Of a stretch of DNA of 64,000 bases, positions 39,497 to 49,114 are shown in pieces. Source of the stretch: Candidatus Eiseniibacteriota bacterium (lineage in GTDB: Bacteria > Eisenbacteria > RBG-16-71-46 > CAIMUX01 > VGJL01); contig JBHGAY010000025.1 of the NCBI GenBank assembly GCA_041946735.1, positions 1-64,000 of the forward strand, given 5' to 3'. The position numbers and the translations under genes are program-made. Every line of letters begins with the position of its first letter. The first letter of the stretch is position 1. The notes under the pieces were generated by a model. That model saw only the letters and a program-made list of their open reading frames with translations. It did not search any database and was not told where the DNA came from.

Positions 39497-40789
39497 TCAC
39501 CTCGCGGCGGGACGGCCCGCCTCCGGAAAGCGCCCCGAGGGCGCGCGCACCTCGTCGATCATCGTGGCGTAGAGATCCGGGAAGCGGCCATAGGTGGCCG
39601 CCACTCCATAGTCGCGCCGGACCGCCTCTCGCGCGGCGAGTCCGATCCGCTCGCGCCGGCCCGGATCCCGCAGCAGGGCGACGACTGCATCGGCGAAACG
39701 CTCGGCGTCGGGCGCAACGATGACCTCGGTCCCGTCCCTGAATCCCATCCCTTCGAGCGCCTCGGGATACGCCACGATCGGCAGCTCCAGCGCCATCGCC
39801 TCGCAGGCGCGGCTGCGGATCCCGCTGGCCGCTCGCAGGCAGAGGGCGAAGACGGCCGCGCGCGCGAGGTAGGGACGGGGATCCTCGACCGCACCGGTCA
39901 CCCGCACCCCGGGGATCGCGCCGAGCGCGCGCACGTCGGGGGCCGGGTCCGCTCCGGCCAGCAAGACGCGGGCTTCCGGGAGGCTCTGCCGAATCCGCGG
40001 GAGGATGTCGTGGCACAGATGGACCGCTGCGTCTCGATTGCCCGGAGTCCCGAGATTGCCGAAATAGACGACCTCCCCGCCGGCCGGCTCCGGGGTCGTC
40101 GGCGCATCCGCGGTCGTCGGCGCCTCGGCGGTCGTCACCGCCGCCGCGAGCGCATCCCCCCGGCGGAACCTGTCGAGATCGACTCCCATGCCGATCGTCG
40201 AGATGGGTGGCTCGGCGGTCCCGAGCGCTGCCCGTATGGTGTCCGCGTCGCGCGGGGTGATCGCGACGATCCGGTCGTACCGCCGCCACTCTGCAATCTC
40301 AGCGTCCCGCTCGCGCGGACTCGGACGGTGGCGGATCCGCTCCCAGCGCTCGAACTGCACGTCATGCGTGTCGAGAACCCAGAGGCTCGGGCGGGAGAAC
40401 GGAGCCAGATGGCGCAGCGTGTACCAGTAGGCGACGTGGACCAGATCCGGAGGATGCTCGGCGATCGAGCGGCTCACGGCGCGGGCGAGGGCGCGGCAGC
40501 CGAGGAACCAGGTCTCTCGCTCCCAGCCGCGTCCGCGCAGGCGGTAGTCGATCTGGCCGGCCGCCCGGTGCAGCAGGCTGCGCCGGTTAGGAGCGAGCAC
40601 CCCGCGCCAAGCGCCGAGGCGCGCGACCGGGCCGGGATCGGCGAAGCGGCTTTTCCGGTGGACGAGCGTGAGGATCTCCAGCTCGAAGCGAGGAGCGAGG
40701 GCCTCGAGGATCGCGAGATTCCGCACCCTCCCTCCCATCGTGGGCGGCCAGGGATGGTCGGGCAGAACCGCGAGGATCCTGGGCTTCAG
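39497..40789 (-). CDS. Glycosyltransferase family 4 (GT-B), probable CTG start
   Basis: 'RILAVLPDHPWPPTMGGRVR', 'VLDTHDV', 'VTGAVEDPRPYL', 'CEAMALELPIV'; CTG overlaps the upstream TGA and follows AAGGAGG. Confidence 0.88.
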   Translation of the reverse strand: MKPRILAVLPDHPWPPTMGGRVRNLAILEALAPRFELEILTLVHRKSRFADPGPVARLGAWRGVLAPNRRSLLHRAAGQIDYRLRGRGWERETWFLGCRALARAVSRSIAEHPPDLVHVAYWYTLRHLAPFSRPSLWVLDTHDVQFERWERIRHRPSPRERDAEIAEWRRYDRIVAITPRDADTIRAALGTAEPPISTIGMGVDLDRFRRGDALAAAVTTAEAPTTADAPTTPEPAGGEVVYFGNLGTPGNRDAAVHLCHDILPRIRQSLPEARVLLAGADPAPDVRALGAIPGVRVTGAVEDPRPYLARAAVFALCLRAASGIRSRACEAMALELPIVAYPEALEGMGFRDGTEVIVAPDAERFADAVVALLRDPGRRERIGLAAREAVRRDYGVAATYGRFPDLYATMIDEVRAPSGRFPEAGRPAAR

Positions 40790-41817
40790 GGTTTGCCCTC
40801 CTTGCCCGTCGCCCCGCCGGCCTTCCCGGGAGTCGGGAGCGGATGCTCCTCGGTGTACTTCTGCACCTTCCGCAGAAGCTCCCGCTTCTCGGCATCGGTC
40901 TTCTTCAGCAGCTCCTGCTCCATCAGCCGGAAATGCGGCAGAGGAACGACGAAATCGACCGTGTCGGGACACTCCGGATCGACCGCCTTGATCCGATGCA
41001 TGAACTTGTCGCTCATCGGGTCGGTGTTGGTGGTGTCGACCCCGATCGCCAGCAGGCTGAAGGCGATCTGCCATTTCGGATCCTTGCAGCGTCCCTCCGT
41101 CCTGTGGACGATCCAGTCCTCCTGCGCGATGCGCATCGTGTAGCGATCGAACCAGGTTCCGTGGAGCTGGCGGTAGAACTGCACGAGGTCCCAAAGGAAG
41201 CGGAGGTTCGCGTCCCGGACGACGTCGGCCTCCTGGGGATTCGCGGCCGAGAGCACCTGGCGGAGCTGCCCGGACCGGCGCGCCAGCTCGACGAACTGGA
41301 AGCCGAAGAGCCGCGTGCGCGGGATGCCGAGCTGCTCCGCCTGCGCCTCCCACTGCGCCCGGACCGGGCCGAGCTTCTCGTCGGGATGGGTCTTGATGTA
41401 GGCCTCGATCAGCGGGGAGATCCGATCCGTCAGGGTGTCGGCCGCCTCGTCGGTCGTGATCAGCCAATACGGCCGGTTCCGGCGCATGTTGGGCAGATCG
41501 TCGCCGTACTCGAGGTCGATCCGGTCGCCATAGCGATCCCAGGCAGCGATCAAGCGATCGGAGAGCGCGAGGAGGCTGTCCGCCCGGTGGGCGCCCGGCT
41601 TCGCCCGTGCGATTGCCTGCTCGATCTCCGCGCGGAATCCCCGGACCTGCCCGTACATGTCGAGCGTGGGGACCTGCGGAAACTGCGCGAAGGGATCGTT
41701 CGGGGCCACGCTCCGCCCGTTCTGCGCCAACGCCGGCGTCGCCGCGGGCAGGACGATGAGGGCCGGGAGGACGGTGAAGGCCGAAAGGACCAGGAGGCGG
41801 GCGCAGACGCGGATCAT
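40786..41817 (-). CDS. Hypothetical secreted protein
   Basis: Signal peptide ending 'PALA'; ATGA-coupled to the acpS stop. Confidence 0.8.
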   Translation of the reverse strand: MIRVCARLLVLSAFTVLPALIVLPAATPALAQNGRSVAPNDPFAQFPQVPTLDMYGQVRGFRAEIEQAIARAKPGAHRADSLLALSDRLIAAWDRYGDRIDLEYGDDLPNMRRNRPYWLITTDEAADTLTDRISPLIEAYIKTHPDEKLGPVRAQWEAQAEQLGIPRTRLFGFQFVELARRSGQLRQVLSAANPQEADVVRDANLRFLWDLVQFYRQLHGTWFDRYTMRIAQEDWIVHRTEGRCKDPKWQIAFSLLAIGVDTTNTDPMSDKFMHRIKAVDPECPDTVDFVVPLPHFRLMEQELLKKTDAEKRELLRKVQKYTEEHPLPTPGKAGGATGKEGKP

Positions 41818-42218
41818 CCGGACCTCGCAGAGGGCGCCTCCGTCCCCGTCGTCTCGAGGACTGCGACGGCGGCGGCATAGCCCGCGGTATGAGTGATGGA
41901 CACGTGGAAGCGGTCGGCTCCCATCTCGCGGGCGCGTTGCGCCGCTCCCCCATGCAACAGCAGGATCGGCTGGCCGGAAGTGAGGTTCTGAACCTCGACG
42001 TCGATCCATCGGATCCCCGCGGCCCAACCCGTCCCCAGAGCCTTGAAAACCGCCTCTTTCACGGCGAAACGCGCGGCGAGGTATTGAACCCGGTCCCCGC
42101 GGGTCTGTTCCAGCTCGCGAGGATGGTAGATGCGTGAGAGGAAGCGCTGGCCGAAGCGCTCCGCGCTCCGCCGGACCCGCTCCGTCTCGATCAGATCGAT
42201 TCCGACCCCGACGATCAC
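41814..42218 (-). CDS. acpS: Holo-[acyl-carrier-protein] synthase
   Basis: 'GVGIDLIE', 'LAARFAVKEAVFKALGTG', 'HVSITH'. Confidence 0.96.
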   Translation of the reverse strand: MIVGVGIDLIETERVRRSAERFGQRFLSRIYHPRELEQTRGDRVQYLAARFAVKEAVFKALGTGWAAGIRWIDVEVQNLTSGQPILLLHGGAAQRAREMGADRFHVSITHTAGYAAAVAVLETTGTEAPSARSG

Positions 42219-42365
42219 TCTCTCGATCCCCCCGGGTTGGCGCAGGGCTGCAAGGCAACGACCGGCCTCGCAACGTCGACCGGCGCAGAGGCCCAGCGCC
42301 CCTTGTGTGCTCTGTGGCCGTGTGGCCCTGTGGCCCTGTGGCCCCCAGCTCGCCCTCTCCCTACA

Positions 42366-43229
42366 TCACCTGTGGCACCGCTTGTCGATCAGATCCGCGA
42401 GCAGCCCGATGGCCGCCATCTGGAATGCGGTCATCAGTGTGATCGTGACCGAGGCGTCCATGATCTTCTCCGTGAAGAGGGCGCTGTAGATGAAGATGCC
42501 GATCGCGAGCAGGAAAAGGAAGGCGGAGATTGGCAGGAAGATCTTCAGCGGCCGGAAATAAAGGATCGTCCGGACGATGAGCGCCGCGAAGTTCAACGTG
42601 TCCTGGATCGGCCGGATCTTGGAGCGCCCCTGCCGCGCGTGATAGTCGACCGGGACGTAGGCCACCGCGAGATCGTTGACGTGCATGGCGAGGGTGATCG
42701 TCGTGGTGAAGGAGAAGCCGCTCGGCAGGATCCCGAAGAATCCGACGAGACTCTCCCGCCGGAAGGCGCGCAGCCCGGAGTTCAAGTCCGGGATCCTCGA
42801 TTCGCTGAGGTAGTCGGCCAGGCGGTTCAGCATCCACTTCGCCGGGCGCCGGATGAGGGGAATCGCGACGTTCGCGCCCGTTCGCGCGCCCACGACCATG
42901 TCGTGGTGCTCCAGCATGGCGACCAGCTCCGGGATGCGCTCGTTGGGATAGGTCCCGTCGGCGTCGGTGATGACGATCGCCTCGCCGTGCGAGGCGAGGA
43001 TTCCGGTCTTCAGAGAGGCCCCGTAGCCCCGGTTCCGGGGATGCCGGAGGACGCAGGCGCCGGCCTCCTCGGCTCGCGCAGCGGTGGCGTCGGTGGATCC
43101 GTCATCGACCACGATCAGCTCGATCGGGCCGGCCAAGGCGCGAATCTGACGGACGACGTCGGCGATCCCCTCCTCTTCGTTGTAGGCGGGTACGACGACG
43201 CTGACGGCCTTCCCATACCGATTCTCCAT
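42366..43229 (-). CDS. Glycosyltransferase family 2 (DPM synthase-like) with C-terminal TM helices
   Basis: 'VVPAYNEE', 'VVDDGSTD', 'NRGYG', 'TDADG', 'DLNSGLR'. Confidence 0.95.
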   Translation of the reverse strand: MENRYGKAVSVVVPAYNEEEGIADVVRQIRALAGPIELIVVDDGSTDATAARAEEAGACVLRHPRNRGYGASLKTGILASHGEAIVITDADGTYPNERIPELVAMLEHHDMVVGARTGANVAIPLIRRPAKWMLNRLADYLSESRIPDLNSGLRAFRRESLVGFFGILPSGFSFTTTITLAMHVNDLAVAYVPVDYHARQGRSKIRPIQDTLNFAALIVRTILYFRPLKIFLPISAFLFLLAIGIFIYSALFTEKIMDASVTITLMTAFQMAAIGLLADLIDKRCHR

Positions 43230-43609
43230 ACGCGATGTCGCAATCTACGGGATCGTGCGGCGTCCCGCAACCGCCGGCGCCGGCAGCGTTCACGGCGGCG
43301 CCGGCCCACCTGCCGCCCACGCCTGCTGAGAGCAGCCGGGCAAGCGCCCGGGCCCCCCTCGCTGGTCCGCCCCGGCGGGGCATGCTAGGCTCACCCGTTC
43401 CGCCTCGACCGGGCGATCCGCCGTCCGGGCGGCAGCCGAGCGGGGCCCCTCATGGAGGCGCGTCGGCCACCCAGTCCCCGGGCGGAGCGCCTGCACGGGG
43501 ACCACGAGAGAAGCCCGAAACGAAGCCGGAGCCCGAGTACGAGGCCCGGCAACCGGAGTACGAAGCCCGGAGCCCGGGGCCGGACCGGCCGGCCCGAGGG
43601 AGGACTCGC

Positions 43610-45100
43610 GTGAGCGCGACCGAGAGGACCGACGAGAAGCTGCTCCTTCCCCCCGGACGCCTCTGGATCGGAGGGCAATGGCGGGAGGCCCGGACGGGAC
43701 GCCGCATCCCAACGATCGACCCGACGACCGAGGAGATCTTGACGGAGGTCGACGCCGCCGGGCCCGAGGACGTCGACGACGCGGTCGGCGCTGCTCGGGC
43801 CGCTTTCGAGTCGGGCCCCTGGCCTTCGATGGCCGCGGCAGACCGGGCGAAGCTGCTCTGGCGGCTCGCCGAGGCGGTCGACGCGCACCTCGAGGAGATC
43901 GCGATGCTCGAGGTGCGGGACCAAGGGAAGACCTGGTTCGAAGCCTCGAAGATCGACACGCCCTTCGGCGCCGCCATCCTGCGCTACTACGCGGGGATCT
44001 GCGAGCGCGTCGGCGGCCGGACGATCCCGGTTCGCGGGCAGATCCTCAACTACACGCTTCGCGAGCCGGTCGGGGTCGTGGGACTGATCGTCCCCTGGAA
44101 CTTCCCGCTGCTCCTCGCCCTGTACAAGATCGCCCCGGCGCTCGCCGCCGGGAACACCGTCGTGGTCAAGCCCTCGGAGCTCACGCCTCTGTCGATCTTG
44201 CGCTTCGCCGAGATCGCGAAGGAGGTCGGACTGCCCGACGGCGTGCTCAACGTCGTGCCGGGGCTCGGTCCGGAGGCGGGCGCGGCGCTCGCCCGTCATC
44301 CCGGCATCGACAAGATCGCCTTCACCGGTTCCACCGCGACCGGACGCGCGGTCATGCACCAGGCCGCCGACGCGCTGACACCGGTCAGCCTGGAGCTGGG
44401 CGGCAAGTCGCCCTCGATCGTTTTCGCCGACGCGGATCTCGACGCGGCCGTCAAGGGAGCGACGGGAGGGATCTTCTATAACAAAGGAGAGGTCTGCTCC
44501 GCTGCCAGCCGTCTCTTCGTCGAGGAGCCGATCGCCGAGGAGATCGTCGAGAGGATCGTCGAGCGCACGAAGACGTTGAAGGTCGGAGACCCTCGCGATC
44601 CCAAGGTTCGCGTCGGGCCGGTCGTCTCTAGGTCCCAGCGCGACCGGGTCCTCTCCTACGTACGGAGCGGGCGCGACGACGGCGCCCGCCTGCGGACCGG
44701 CGGCGAGCCGCTCTCGATCGACGGACGCGGCTTCTTCATCCAGCCGGCTGTCTTCGACCGGGTGCGGGCGGAGATGCGGATCGCGCGCGAGGAGATCTTC
44801 GGGCCGGTTCTCTCCGTGTTGACCTTTTCTACCGCCGAGGAGGCGATCGAGAAAGCCAACGACACTCCGTACGGGCTTGCCGCGGCGGTTTGGACGAACG
44901 ACATCGGCAAGGCCCATCGAGTCGCCCGCGTCCTTCGCGCCGGGACGGTCTGGATCAACACGGTGAACCTCTTCGATCCCGCCTCCCCCTTCGGCGGCTA
45001 CAAGGAGAGCGGCTTCGGGCGCGAGCTGGGGGAAGAGGCGATCGAGATGTACACGCAGGTGAAGAGCGTCTGGGTGAACCTGGCGCCCCCCCGCGGATAG
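43610..45100 (+). CDS. NAD(P)-dependent aldehyde dehydrogenase
   Basis: 'PWNFPL', 'KPSE', 'FTGST', 'LELGGKSP', catalytic 'GEVC', 'EEIFGPV'; GTG after GAGGGAGG. Confidence 0.96.
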   Translation: MSATERTDEKLLLPPGRLWIGGQWREARTGRRIPTIDPTTEEILTEVDAAGPEDVDDAVGAARAAFESGPWPSMAAADRAKLLWRLAEAVDAHLEEIAMLEVRDQGKTWFEASKIDTPFGAAILRYYAGICERVGGRTIPVRGQILNYTLREPVGVVGLIVPWNFPLLLALYKIAPALAAGNTVVVKPSELTPLSILRFAEIAKEVGLPDGVLNVVPGLGPEAGAALARHPGIDKIAFTGSTATGRAVMHQAADALTPVSLELGGKSPSIVFADADLDAAVKGATGGIFYNKGEVCSAASRLFVEEPIAEEIVERIVERTKTLKVGDPRDPKVRVGPVVSRSQRDRVLSYVRSGRDDGARLRTGGEPLSIDGRGFFIQPAVFDRVRAEMRIAREEIFGPVLSVLTFSTAEEAIEKANDTPYGLAAAVWTNDIGKAHRVARVLRAGTVWINTVNLFDPASPFGGYKESGFGRELGEEAIEMYTQVKSVWVNLAPPRG

Positions 45101-45235
45101 GGCGTGCGCGCCCGGCGTCCGTGATCGCAACGAAAGGCAGAAAGTAGAGACGGCTGCGAAGGACGCGACGGAAAGAAGGCAGCGAAGGAAGCGAAGGCAC
45201 CGAAGGCACCGAAGGAAGCGAAGGAAGGAGTAGGC

Positions 45236-46090
45236 GTGGAGAACGAGAAGAGCGTGCAGTCGAACGGCCAGGGCAGCGCCGGAGGCGGGACGAGCGATCG
45301 CGCCGACAAGATCCTGGTCCACTACGAGACGGATCGCGGAATCGCGGTGCTCACGATGGACGATCCGCCGGCCAATACGTACACCTACGAAATGATGCGC
45401 CAGCTCGACGAGTCGATCCTGCGCACCCGCATGGACGATTCGGTCCATGTGATCGTTCTGCGCGGTGCCGGAGAGAAGTTCTTCTCGGCGGGTGCGAACA
45501 TTGCGATGCTCGCGTCGGTGACTCCGACGTTCAAGTACTACTTCTGCTTGCACGCCAACGAGACGTTGAACCGGCTCGAGCACACGCCGAAGCTCGTGAT
45601 CGCGGCGCTGAACGGCCACACGGTCGGCGGCGGCCTCGAGATCGCGATGGCGGCCGACATCCGGATCGCGAAGAAGGACGCCGGAAAGATCGGCCTTCCC
45701 GAAGTCGCGCTGGGCGTGCTTCCCGGGACGGGCGGCACGCAGCGATTGACGAGGATCGTCGGCAAGACGCGCGCGATCGATCTGATGGTCTCCGGGCGCA
45801 CCTTCACATTCGAGGAGGCGATGGACTGGGGGCTCGTCAATGACGTCTACCCACCGACCGATTTCTGGGAGTCGGTGATGGACTACGCGCGGCAGTTCTG
45901 TCCTCCGAACAAGGCGGCGAAGGCGGTCGGCCGGATCAAGCGCTCGGTGCAGTCGGGATGCGACCTGCCGTTCGAGAGTGCGCTGGCGCTCGAACGCGAG
46001 CTGCAGCAGCAGCTCTTCCAGTCGGCGGACGCGAAGGAGGGCTTGTCAGCGTACGTAGAGAAGCGCACCGCGCGTTTTCAGGGAGCGTGA
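45236..46090 (+). CDS. Enoyl-CoA hydratase/isomerase
   Basis: 'FFSAGANI', 'GGGLEIAMAAD', 'GLPEVALGVLPGTGGTQRL'. Confidence 0.95.
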   Translation: MENEKSVQSNGQGSAGGGTSDRADKILVHYETDRGIAVLTMDDPPANTYTYEMMRQLDESILRTRMDDSVHVIVLRGAGEKFFSAGANIAMLASVTPTFKYYFCLHANETLNRLEHTPKLVIAALNGHTVGGGLEIAMAADIRIAKKDAGKIGLPEVALGVLPGTGGTQRLTRIVGKTRAIDLMVSGRTFTFEEAMDWGLVNDVYPPTDFWESVMDYARQFCPPNKAAKAVGRIKRSVQSGCDLPFESALALERELQQQLFQSADAKEGLSAYVEKRTARFQGA

Positions 46091-46115
46091 GGCCGCCACG
46101 GGGCCGCGCATCGTC

Positions 46116-47204
46116 ATGAAAGCCTGGCGAATCGAACAGCATGGCGGACTCGAGGCGCTGCGCATCGAGGAGATGCCGGCGCCCGAGCCGGGGCCGGGCG
46201 AGGTCCGCCTCCGTGTGCGGGCCGTCGGACTGAACCACCTCGACCTCTGGGTGCGCCGGGGAGTGCCGGGCCACAAGTATCCCCTCCCTTTGACACCGGG
46301 CTCGGAAATCAGCGGGACGGTCGATGCCATCGGCCCGGGGGTCCGTGCCTGGAAGCCGGGCGACCGTGCGCTCGCGGCTCCCGGAATGGGATGCGGCCTG
46401 TGCGAGGCGTGCGGCAGCGGCCACGAGCCGCTCTGCCGCTGGTACGGGATCCTCGGCGAGATGCGGGACGGAGGCTGCGCCGAGTTCGTCCTGCTCCCGG
46501 AGCGCCAGCTTCTGCCGCATCCCGGCGCGGCCGCCGGCGCGGCCGCGGGCGCGGGCGTGGGCGTGGGCGCGGGCCTCTCCGACGAGGAGGCCGCCGCCCT
46601 TCCGCTGACCCTGCTCACCGCTTGGCACATGCTCGTCGGCCGGGCGCAGCTGCGTCCCGGCGAAACGGTCCTCGTGCAGGCTGCGGGGAGCGGCGTCGGC
46701 GTGATGGGGATCCAGATCGCGCGGATCTTCGGCGCGCGCGTCATCGCGACCGCCGGATCGGCGGAGAAGGCCGCGAAGGCGCGCGAGATGGGCGCTGAGG
46801 AGACGATCCTCTACCGGGAGACCGATCTGGTCGACGAAGTACGCCGGCTCACGGCAAAGCGAGGGGTCGACGTCGTGTTGGAGAGCGTCGGCGGCGAGAC
46901 ATTCGAGAAAAGCATCCGCGCTCTCGCGAAGGGCGGCCGCCTGGTGACCTGCGGCGCCACGGCGGGAGCGCAAGCGGCGATCGACCTGCGCTACGTCTTC
47001 TTCAAGAGCCTCTCGATTCTCGGCTCCACGATGGGCAGCCGGGCGGAGCTGCTCGAAGCGCTGCGCTTCGTCGAGGCGGGCAAGATCCGTCCCGCGGTCG
47101 ATCGCGTCTTCCCGATGGAGGAGCTGCGCGAAGCGCACGGCTACCTCGAGGATCGCCGCGCGTTCGGGAAGGTCGTGATGCGGGGCTTCGGAGTCGGGCC
47201 ATGA
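46116..47204 (+). CDS. MDR-family zinc-binding dehydrogenase/quinone oxidoreductase
   Basis: 'GLNHLDLW', structural Zn 'CGLCEAC...C', 'AAGSGVG', 'GRLVTCG'. Confidence 0.93.
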   Translation: MKAWRIEQHGGLEALRIEEMPAPEPGPGEVRLRVRAVGLNHLDLWVRRGVPGHKYPLPLTPGSEISGTVDAIGPGVRAWKPGDRALAAPGMGCGLCEACGSGHEPLCRWYGILGEMRDGGCAEFVLLPERQLLPHPGAAAGAAAGAGVGVGAGLSDEEAAALPLTLLTAWHMLVGRAQLRPGETVLVQAAGSGVGVMGIQIARIFGARVIATAGSAEKAAKAREMGAEETILYRETDLVDEVRRLTAKRGVDVVLESVGGETFEKSIRALAKGGRLVTCGATAGAQAAIDLRYVFFKSLSILGSTMGSRAELLEALRFVEAGKIRPAVDRVFPMEELREAHGYLEDRRAFGKVVMRGFGVGP

Positions 47205-48139
47205 GCGCGGATACGAATGGCGGCGGCGCCGGGACTGGCGGCGAGCGCGGCGGCGAGCCTGGCGGAGGGGCGGGCGGCGAGCACGCCGCGCCACGCAGGA
47301 TCGCGGTCCTCGGAGCAGGCACCATGGGGGCAGGAATCGCAGCGCTGGCGGCGCTGCGCGGCGCCGAGGTGATGCTGTTCGATTCGTCCCCGGAGGCGTT
47401 GCGAGCCTGCTTGAGCCGGATTGCGAAGGCGTACGACGGCGCAGTCCGGCACGAGAAGGCGACGGAGGAGGAGACCGCCGCCGCCCGGCAGCGCGTGCAT
47501 GCGGCCGGATCGATCGCGGTCGCCGCCCATGGAGCCGAATGGGTGCTGGAGGCGGTTCCCGAATCGATGAGCCTCAAACAGGAAGTCCTGCACGAAGCGC
47601 AAGCTGCGGCCCCCGAGCAGGCGCGGATCGGCACGAACACGTCCTCGCTTTCCGTCACCGAGATTGCCTCGGCGTGCGGCGATCCCTCGCGCGTGGCCGG
47701 CGTGCACTTCTTCAATCCCCCGCTCGCGATGCCGCTCGTCGAGATCGTGCGGGGCGAGGCGACGTCGGAGGAGACGATCGCGCTGGCCCGATCCCTCGCG
47801 GAACACCTCGGCAAGCAGACGATCCTCGTGAGGGATTCCCCCGGCTTCGCCACTTCGCGGCTCGGAATCGCTCTCGGGAACGAGGCGATGCGGATGCTCG
47901 AGACCGGTGTCGCGTCGGCCGAGGACATCGATCGCGCGATGGAGCTGGGCTACCGCCACCCGATGGGTCCGCTGCGCCTGAGCGACCTGGTCGGACTCGA
48001 CGTGCGGCTGCGGATCACGGAGCACCTTTACGAGGAGCTGGGGACGGATACCTTCCGGCCGCCGCAGATCCTGAAGCGGCTCGTGCGGGCCGGAAAGCTC
48101 GGCCGAAAGACGGGCGAAGGCTTTTACCGCTACGAGTGA
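47201..48139 (+). CDS. 3-hydroxyacyl-CoA dehydrogenase
   Basis: 'GAGTMGAGIA', 'EAVPE', 'TNTSSLS', 'HFFNP', 'PMGPL..DLVGLD'. Confidence 0.95.
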   Translation: MSADTNGGGAGTGGERGGEPGGGAGGEHAAPRRIAVLGAGTMGAGIAALAALRGAEVMLFDSSPEALRACLSRIAKAYDGAVRHEKATEEETAAARQRVHAAGSIAVAAHGAEWVLEAVPESMSLKQEVLHEAQAAAPEQARIGTNTSSLSVTEIASACGDPSRVAGVHFFNPPLAMPLVEIVRGEATSEETIALARSLAEHLGKQTILVRDSPGFATSRLGIALGNEAMRMLETGVASAEDIDRAMELGYRHPMGPLRLSDLVGLDVRLRITEHLYEELGTDTFRPPQILKRLVRAGKLGRKTGEGFYRYE

Positions 48140-48191
48140 TGGGCCGGGCGGCGAACCGTGGACCCGCGATCCGCCTGTCGCTTATTGCTCC

Positions 48192-49046
48192 TCATCGACT
48201 CTTCGTAGCGAGGAACAGACGCGCCGCATCCCCGGTCCACGGGATGGATCGCACGTCCACGAATCCCGCTTCGCGCGCCGCGGTCGCGAGCGCGTCCCAT
48301 CCCGGGAAGGTTTCGACGGACCGGACCATCGCCTCGTAAGCGGCGCGATCGCCGCCGAAGAGCCGCGCGGCGCGCGGCAGGATCTTGCGGAAGTAGAGGC
48401 GGTAGGCGATCCCCCAGGCTCCCGAGCGGGGGAGCGACATGTCGACGAACGCGACGCGCCCCCCCGGAGCGAGGACGATCGCGCAAGCGTGCAGCAGCGA
48501 CGGCAGGCTCTGAATGTGGCGGAGCGCGAAACCCATGGTCACGGCCGCGCAGGAGCCGGGACGGAGCGGGATGCGCTCCATTTCGGCGACGACCGCAGGC
48601 GCGCCGGCCTGCTGCGGGCGATCGCGCTCGACCTCCCGCAGCTTCGGGACGGCGATCCGCAGGAGGGACTCCGATAGGTCGAGCCGGACGATCATCCTCG
48701 CGCCATCCTGCCGGCGAAGCGCGACGGCGAGGTCCCCGGTGCCCGAGGCAAGATCGAGCACAGGACCCGGGGGCGCCTCGCGAAGCGCTTCGCGTGCGGT
48801 CGCCCGGCGCCATCTTCGGTCGATCCCGAGGCTCAGGAGATGGTTCAGCCGGTCGTAGCTCGGCGCGATCGTTTCGAAGAGATCGCGGAGAGCGCGGCGC
48901 CGCTCGGTCCACGGAGCGCTGGGAAGCATCGACTCCCAGCGCGACCGTCGATTGCCGCCCGCGTTCGGATCACGATGGGCCGGACCGCGGCCACTCCGAC
49001 CGGGCCGGCGCCCGCGTGGCCGACTTGTTTCTCCTTCAGGAGACAT
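48192..49046 (-). CDS. UbiE/MenG family methyltransferase
   Basis: 'FETIAPSYDRLNHLLSLGIDRRWR', 'VLDLASGTGD'; start uncertain (49046 or 48929). Confidence 0.88.
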   Translation of the reverse strand: MSPEGETSRPRGRRPGRSGRGPAHRDPNAGGNRRSRWESMLPSAPWTERRRALRDLFETIAPSYDRLNHLLSLGIDRRWRRATAREALREAPPGPVLDLASGTGDLAVALRRQDGARMIVRLDLSESLLRIAVPKLREVERDRPQQAGAPAVVAEMERIPLRPGSCAAVTMGFALRHIQSLPSLLHACAIVLAPGGRVAFVDMSLPRSGAWGIAYRLYFRKILPRAARLFGGDRAAYEAMVRSVETFPGWDALATAAREAGFVDVRSIPWTGDAARLFLATKSR

Positions 49047-49114
49047 CGGCCGGATTGTAGGACGGCAGCTTCGCGCGACGCGACGCCTTCCGTGCCTTCG
49101 TTCCGGGAAACGGA

